The notes below the pieces were generated by a model that was given only the letters and a program-made list of their open reading frames with translations, searched no databases and was not told the DNA's origin. From the IMG/VR virus record IMGVR_UViG_3300046467_003049: a DNA stretch of 64,000 bases; one strand, written 5' to 3'. Of this stretch, positions 59,185-64,000 are shown one piece after another. How positions within the stretch are numbered: the first letter of the stretch is position 1; each line of letters starts with the position of its first letter. This DNA is from an uncultured virus (IMG/VR IMGVR_UViG_3300046467_003049). Taxonomy: Duplodnaviria > Heunggongvirae > Uroviricota > Caudoviricetes. A program made the position numbers and the translations under genes.

Positions 59185-60546
59185 GTGAACTACTCGGCAC
59201 TAAAGCACCGAGCTTCAGCAAACCTAAATTAGGCTGCTTCTTTTTTCTCAGATCCCACACCAAACTTTGGTCGCTTAAAGACTTTCGTTTTAGAAGGTGA
59301 TTTCTGCTGAAATTTGGGCAACGCCCTAGCTAACATCCCATTAGCTATTAAATCTTTTTCGCCCGTTTCTGCCACGGATTTAGCCGCAGACAAATCTCGG
59401 CACTGCACTTTGCCACAGCTTTCGCAAGCGAATTCACGCACAGTTAAATCGAATTTATGTTCGTGTTTACATTCAAAACAAATACCTGACGATTTAACAA
59501 ATCGACCTATTTCATAGTACACAGCACCACTTAGCTCGGCCTTATATTTGACCAATTCCGTGATTTTGCCCATGATATTGTCGTTAACCATCTGGCCATT
59601 AAACTGCTGCATTCCTTTCACATTCAAATCCTCAAACACGATAATATCACTACTCTTGGCTATCAAGCGGCTTATTTCGTGTGCCCACGATAGACGTTGG
59701 CGAGAGATTTTCCCGTGAATTTTATTTAAGCGTGATTTTGTTTGGTGCCATCGATTAGAGCCTTTCTTTCTCCGGCTCAACTGGACTTGAATTTGTTTTA
59801 ATTTTACAGCTCCCTTTTTAAAAAATTTAGGGTTGTTAACATACAATCCATTAGAGCTGACAACGGTGTGCTGACTGTTGATGTCGTAGCCAGTGAGTGT
59901 TGTCAGTATTTGTTTTGCGCTCTTACACTCAACTTCTTGAGTGAGTGAAACGTACCATTTTCCGTGCTTAAATTGTACCGTAGCCGTTTTAATTTTACTG
60001 GCGAGTTTTCTATGCAAAACAATCGGTATTTTACCAATTTTAGGGATACTGATCGTACCTTGTTCAATACGAATGCAGTTAGAATTATTCACGCACCTAA
60101 AACTGTCATCGTGTAATTTCTTTTGCCTAAAGCCCACTTTAAACGTTGGAAACTGTTGAGTGCGACTTTTGGTGAATGCGTTCTTTAAGGCTGCATCTAG
60201 ATCACGCGCCACTTGCTGCGATGCCGCAGCATCAAAAGCCTTGAGCCAAGAAAATTCTTCAAACTTTTTTAAATCTCGAATGAGTTCCGCCATTTCATGA
60301 TAAAACAAAAAGGTTTTATCATAACGATATCTTCGTATATTTTCAGATAGCAACAAATTCCACAGCCCACGCGCATATGAGCCAAACGCTACGAGTTTAA
60401 CTTCATCGCCTACTGTTGGCTTGAGCCGGTAATTATATCTGAGTGTCTTTTTCATGTACTGTATAGACTACTGTATAGCCCCAAAGTCGTCAAGATATTA
60501 TCGATTCATCTCGGCACTAAAGCACCGAGTATTCTCGACAACATTG
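59185..60546 (-). mobile_element. tnpB-only IS200/IS605-family element
   Basis: Identical 20-bp hairpin CTCGGTGCTTTAGTGCCGAG at 59193-59212 and 60510-60529; TTTAT target; right end TCAC. Confidence 0.85.
59229..60455 (-). CDS. tnpB: TnpB RNA-guided endonuclease
   Basis: YNYRLKPT, GYDIN, VFEDLNV, CFEC/CESC zinc ribbon and RDLSAA. Confidence 0.9.
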   Translation of the reverse strand: MKKTLRYNYRLKPTVGDEVKLVAFGSYARGLWNLLLSENIRRYRYDKTFLFYHEMAELIRDLKKFEEFSWLKAFDAAASQQVARDLDAALKNAFTKSRTQQFPTFKVGFRQKKLHDDSFRCVNNSNCIRIEQGTISIPKIGKIPIVLHRKLASKIKTATVQFKHGKWYVSLTQEVECKSAKQILTTLTGYDINSQHTVVSSNGLYVNNPKFFKKGAVKLKQIQVQLSRRKKGSNRWHQTKSRLNKIHGKISRQRLSWAHEISRLIAKSSDIIVFEDLNVKGMQQFNGQMVNDNIMGKITELVKYKAELSGAVYYEIGRFVKSSGICFECKHEHKFDLTVREFACESCGKVQCRDLSAAKSVAETGEKDLIANGMLARALPKFQQKSPSKTKVFKRPKFGVGSEKKEAA

Positions 60547-61590
60547 ATAAATTGTTAGACATAATTCGTTTCTCGTGTGTGATTGTTAATGTAGGCATAT
60601 TTTATCAAATTGATATGATTTGTCAATCATTATTGCTAAAAAACTGAAAAAAGGGCGGTGCCGCCCTTACTTCTCTAGTTGAACCAGAATGCTCGATTCA
60701 TGTTATCGAATTTAGCAGGGATACCTACAATTTCCATTGCCTTTTCTTGGATCAACTTTACTAGGCTTCTTGAGGGCTTTACACTTCCAGTTTCAACAAA
60801 CTTATTGTTGACCTTAAGCATATAGTAGTTTTCTTCACCACTATCCATACAAATCTTTATTTCTGAACTTCCAATTTCTTCGTTAACAGATTTGATGAAC
60901 TCAGCTATTTTACTTTGTTGGCTTGATATCACTTGAGGTTTAGCTGCTTCAATATCCGCTTCAATCAAAGACTTTAAATAACTTTTCAGGTGAGTTTCAA
61001 ACTTAAATTCTTCTACTTTATCACCATCTACCACTTCATATGATGTACCACTAATTCTATGATAATTTGGATTGTACCCTACACCACCTTTAGTATTATC
61101 AACACATGTTACTAAAACTATCTGGCGACCGGCAACCTGACCTATGGTTCGCTTAAAAACACCCGTTAAACACGTTTCAGTTTCAAGGCGAAGTAATTCA
61201 TTTTTTAGGTTTGTATGGCTCATTGTGTGCTCTCACTTAATTCGTAATATTAATAAAATGGTCTTTATTGACCGGCACTTTAAATCAAATGAAAGGTTAA
61301 CAACTGATTTTAACAAGATCCCTTCTCGTTGTTTTATCCTTGTAGGTATCTAGCATGACGACTCAATTATATTTAAAACTGGACTTCACCTAAGCTCTCT
61401 TATCCGCTTGGCTTGCGTTGGTTAGGTTTCCCTTAACTCTTGACAACCATTATACAGTGATACACCATTTTGTCAATCATTTATTAAAAAACACCGCGCC
61501 AGGTCCAAAACAACCAGCAATAAAAAAAGCCTTTTGAGTTTCGCAACTTCAAAAGGCTTCGTGATAAATTTAATTCAACCAATAATAAAC

Positions 61591-62349
61591 TTAACCAACA
61601 AATTCAGACTTACGCTTTCTCTTAAGCGCACCCATACCAATTAAACCTAAACCAAAGATTGCCATAGTGGCCGGTTCAGGCACTGATGTAGCATTTGCGT
61701 TATACGCAGTACTGTTTGGGTTGTTTGATGTCAATGACATATCTTCTTGCGTGGTTTTGGTAGCACCACCATCCGCAACCAAGAACACCCCAAAAGCACT
61801 ATAGGAGTAGTCAGGGGTATTGGATACTTCTAGATTCAAAAAATAACTCACTTTGAAACTGTCACCACTTCCCAGAACAGAAAGACCAGATAAATTAACG
61901 CCGCCATCTTCAGGCCTTTCAAATAAACCCGCTACATGCGGACGGTTTTGATTGTTGGAGGCATAAAGTAACCCCAAAGCATCACTATTGACATTCACAA
62001 TGTCTAGCATGCCCTGTTTTGTTTCCTGTTTAGTCAAGCTGTAATTTTCATCAGCATCAAGGTTTGTTTCCCATAGGTAATTATAGACGCCTGCTACCTC
62101 TTGAGCAGACGGCAATCGCCAACCCTCGTAAATACCACCTTCACCTAATTCAGACTTAACATAAGACAAAGACTTGTTAGCCGTAGCCTCAAGCTTAAGC
62201 CACTCAACACCCGTCTCTTCATGCAAAGTCGCCTGTTCATCGCCATCAACCTTCCAGTCCAACGACACAAACCCTGCATTAGCTACACTTGAAATACTAA
62301 GCGATACAGCTAAAACCAATAAGCTAATCTTTTTCATCACAACATCCAA
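61591..62349 (-). CDS. PEP-CTERM sorting-domain protein
   Basis: Signal peptide (MKKISLLVLAV...ANA); C-terminal VPEP, TM helix and KRKRK. Confidence 0.9.
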   Translation of the reverse strand: MDVVMKKISLLVLAVSLSISSVANAGFVSLDWKVDGDEQATLHEETGVEWLKLEATANKSLSYVKSELGEGGIYEGWRLPSAQEVAGVYNYLWETNLDADENYSLTKQETKQGMLDIVNVNSDALGLLYASNNQNRPHVAGLFERPEDGGVNLSGLSVLGSGDSFKVSYFLNLEVSNTPDYSYSAFGVFLVADGGATKTTQEDMSLTSNNPNSTAYNANATSVPEPATMAIFGLGLIGMGALKRKRKSEFVG

Positions 62350-63579
62350 TTGTTTAAATTTTAATCCATTAATAAAAATAGTATCATAATTTATAATTAA
62401 TTCATCACAGGCACATTTAATTACATTGTTATTGTGCTAACCATATTCTGAATGGTATTTACAATCGAAGTGTATGTCGCAAAGTTGATGTAAGTGATGG
62501 AAAAGAGGGACAGGACTGTGAATAAAAAAGCTTACAGGAAAATAAACTCTTATCGCCTTCACAGCCCTATACTGCTAGTTGTTGGTTGGTCAACTAGCAG
62601 CAGTATTCTGCATATGGAAGCGCCAAGGACTCCATACAGCATAACTTTTAAATATACGCCTGACAGTTACGGATTATATGACTTCTCGCCATCTCGTTAC
62701 TTAGGCGCTCTTCTGGGAACATTTTTTTGAACTTGGTTACCAGTGAAGACTTAACAATAATCGCTCCAGTTGCAGAAGTATCTATTCGCTCAGCAAACCA
62801 TTGAATTTGTTCGTCATTTAAATTGCATTGATTCATTATATTGCCTTGTGTGCTTTGAGTCAGTAAGCACATTATATTATCATTATGATGTTTTATCAAT
62901 CATTTGTTTTTTATGGTGGGTTGTAAAAAACAACCCTTGACACAAAATTATAGACGGAAAAAATCGCTTCACGCCCTTCAATCAACATTTAACAAAAACA
63001 ATATCAACCATACCCCGCATGCCAAAGCCAATCACCACTTTCTAGCTCATGCTCACCGTCAGCTGACAAGAACACCACATTAGAGCCGCCATCCCACTTC
63101 ATTAGCATAGATTCACCTTCATACTCATCATCATCACGTTCACCTGATTCAATTTGAGCCGCATACTGCTCTCTGCCTTCTGCGATTAAATCCTCAACTT
63201 CATTAGCACTGCCATATACACAAGGCATACTTATCGTTTCGCCACTGATATCGTATTCAAAGCAACCCATCGCGAACCGACCAGATAGCGTTTGTATAAC
63301 CTCGACATGAAAAAGCTCATTTTCAATAGCCGTTGCCATAGCATCAATTCTTCCTTGATCGCCCGTCTCAAGCGCCTCATTCATCAATATTTTAAAATTA
63401 GGGTTCATATGTGTTTCCATTGCATTTTCAGTAGTCAAATGATATCTTTAACGAATAATTTTGTCAATCATTTATTTTTACACTGTACGATAAAAACAAC
63501 CCTTAACACAGAATTATAGGCGAAAAAAAACCTCTTCATACCCGTAGACATCAAGAGGCTTTCGTAACGTAAACAACCG

Positions 63580-63999
63580 CTAAACTTTGCTTTTTTTACT
63601 CATTCTAGCAGCACCAAGACCAAGTAAACCTAAACCTAAAATGGCCATTGAGGTCGGCTCCGGCACCGAAGTCGCACTGCTAACATAAGCCGTACTGTTC
63701 GGATTATTTGCCGTTAACGCCATATTTTCTTGAGTGGTCTTTGTTGCTCCGCCATCCGCAACCAAGAACACTGCGAAAGTGGCATGTTTAGACACTTCCG
63801 AATTGAAAGTGTCATTGTAATTATCTTTTACAAACCGGCCATTCGAACTGTAGTAGCTTGAACCAGAATAACGAGTAGTGCCATCATCAGGATCTACAAA
63901 AAGACCTTTGGTCATATATGTTGCCGGATTACCCGCTTTATAAACCACACCAAACACATCAGAGTACTGCGCGTAAAGCGTAGCAGCATCGCGACTCAC
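63580..63999 (-). CDS. PEP-CTERM protein, 3' part (paralog of 61591-62349)
   Basis: Shares VFLVADGGATKTTQE.M.LT.NNPNSTAY...ATSVPEP; continues beyond the window. Confidence 0.88.
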   Translation of the reverse strand: MSRDAATLYAQYSDVFGVVYKAGNPATYMTKGLFVDPDDGTTRYSGSSYYSSNGRFVKDNYNDTFNSEVSKHATFAVFLVADGGATKTTQENMALTANNPNSTAYVSSATSVPEPTSMAILGLGLLGLGAARMSKKSKV

Positions 64000-64000
64000 T

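Larger units (their letters stand above)
58883..60562 (-). pseudogene. hypothetical gene split by a tnpB element
   Basis: Excising 59185-60546 restores the in-frame MSNNLFKLAVFSLRGGMGNK...ACGGT*; promoter at ~60621. Confidence 0.75.
240..63475. promoter_or_regulatory. dispersed family of ~45 near-identical sigma70-type promoters (AAATGATTGACAAA)
   Basis: GATTGACA or TGTCAATC just upstream of most transcription units, oriented toward the gene, with a -10-like hexamer ~17 bp downstream. Confidence 0.85.

Noticed and set aside
516..63519. Numerous short ORFs antisense to or nested in longer genes (e.g. 553-921, 18903-19229, 21899-22225, 58887-59300)
   Set aside because: These are shadow ORFs with no RBS or promoter, overlapping better-supported genes.

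Overview
An AT-rich, gene-dense segment of a large mobile replicon (megaplasmid, jumbo phage or phage-plasmid). The host is probably a Gram-negative, exosortase-positive bacterium, inferred from the PEP-CTERM genes. Most ORFs are short hypotheticals on the minus strand. Recognisable genes include a class II ribonucleotide reductase, thymidylate kinase, dCMP deaminase, a P-loop nucleotide kinase, two frameshifted tandem MazG-like genes, a C5 DNA methyltransferase, a DEDDh exonuclease, a SET-domain protein and two PEP-CTERM proteins. Four insertion sequences have boundaries that can be reconstructed: an IS607 carrying a passenger gene, an IS982, and two tnpB-only IS200/IS605 elements. The most striking feature is a window-wide regulatory pattern. 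About 45 near-identical sigma70-type promoters (AAATGATTGACAAA) occur, often with an ATCA-N3-TGAT palindrome in the spacer, and many leaders carry ACACACAAGG overlapping the Shine-Dalgarno. A candidate minus-strand small RNA at about 30780-30975 displays the exact antisense of that leader motif in two hairpin loops, suggesting one sRNA controls translation of many genes. Two further candidate structured RNAs (about 23360-23570 and 47300-47625) and an 8-bp-phased AATATCA array were also found. No CRISPR array, tRNA or rRNA was seen. All protein calls come from motif recognition by eye, with no database search.
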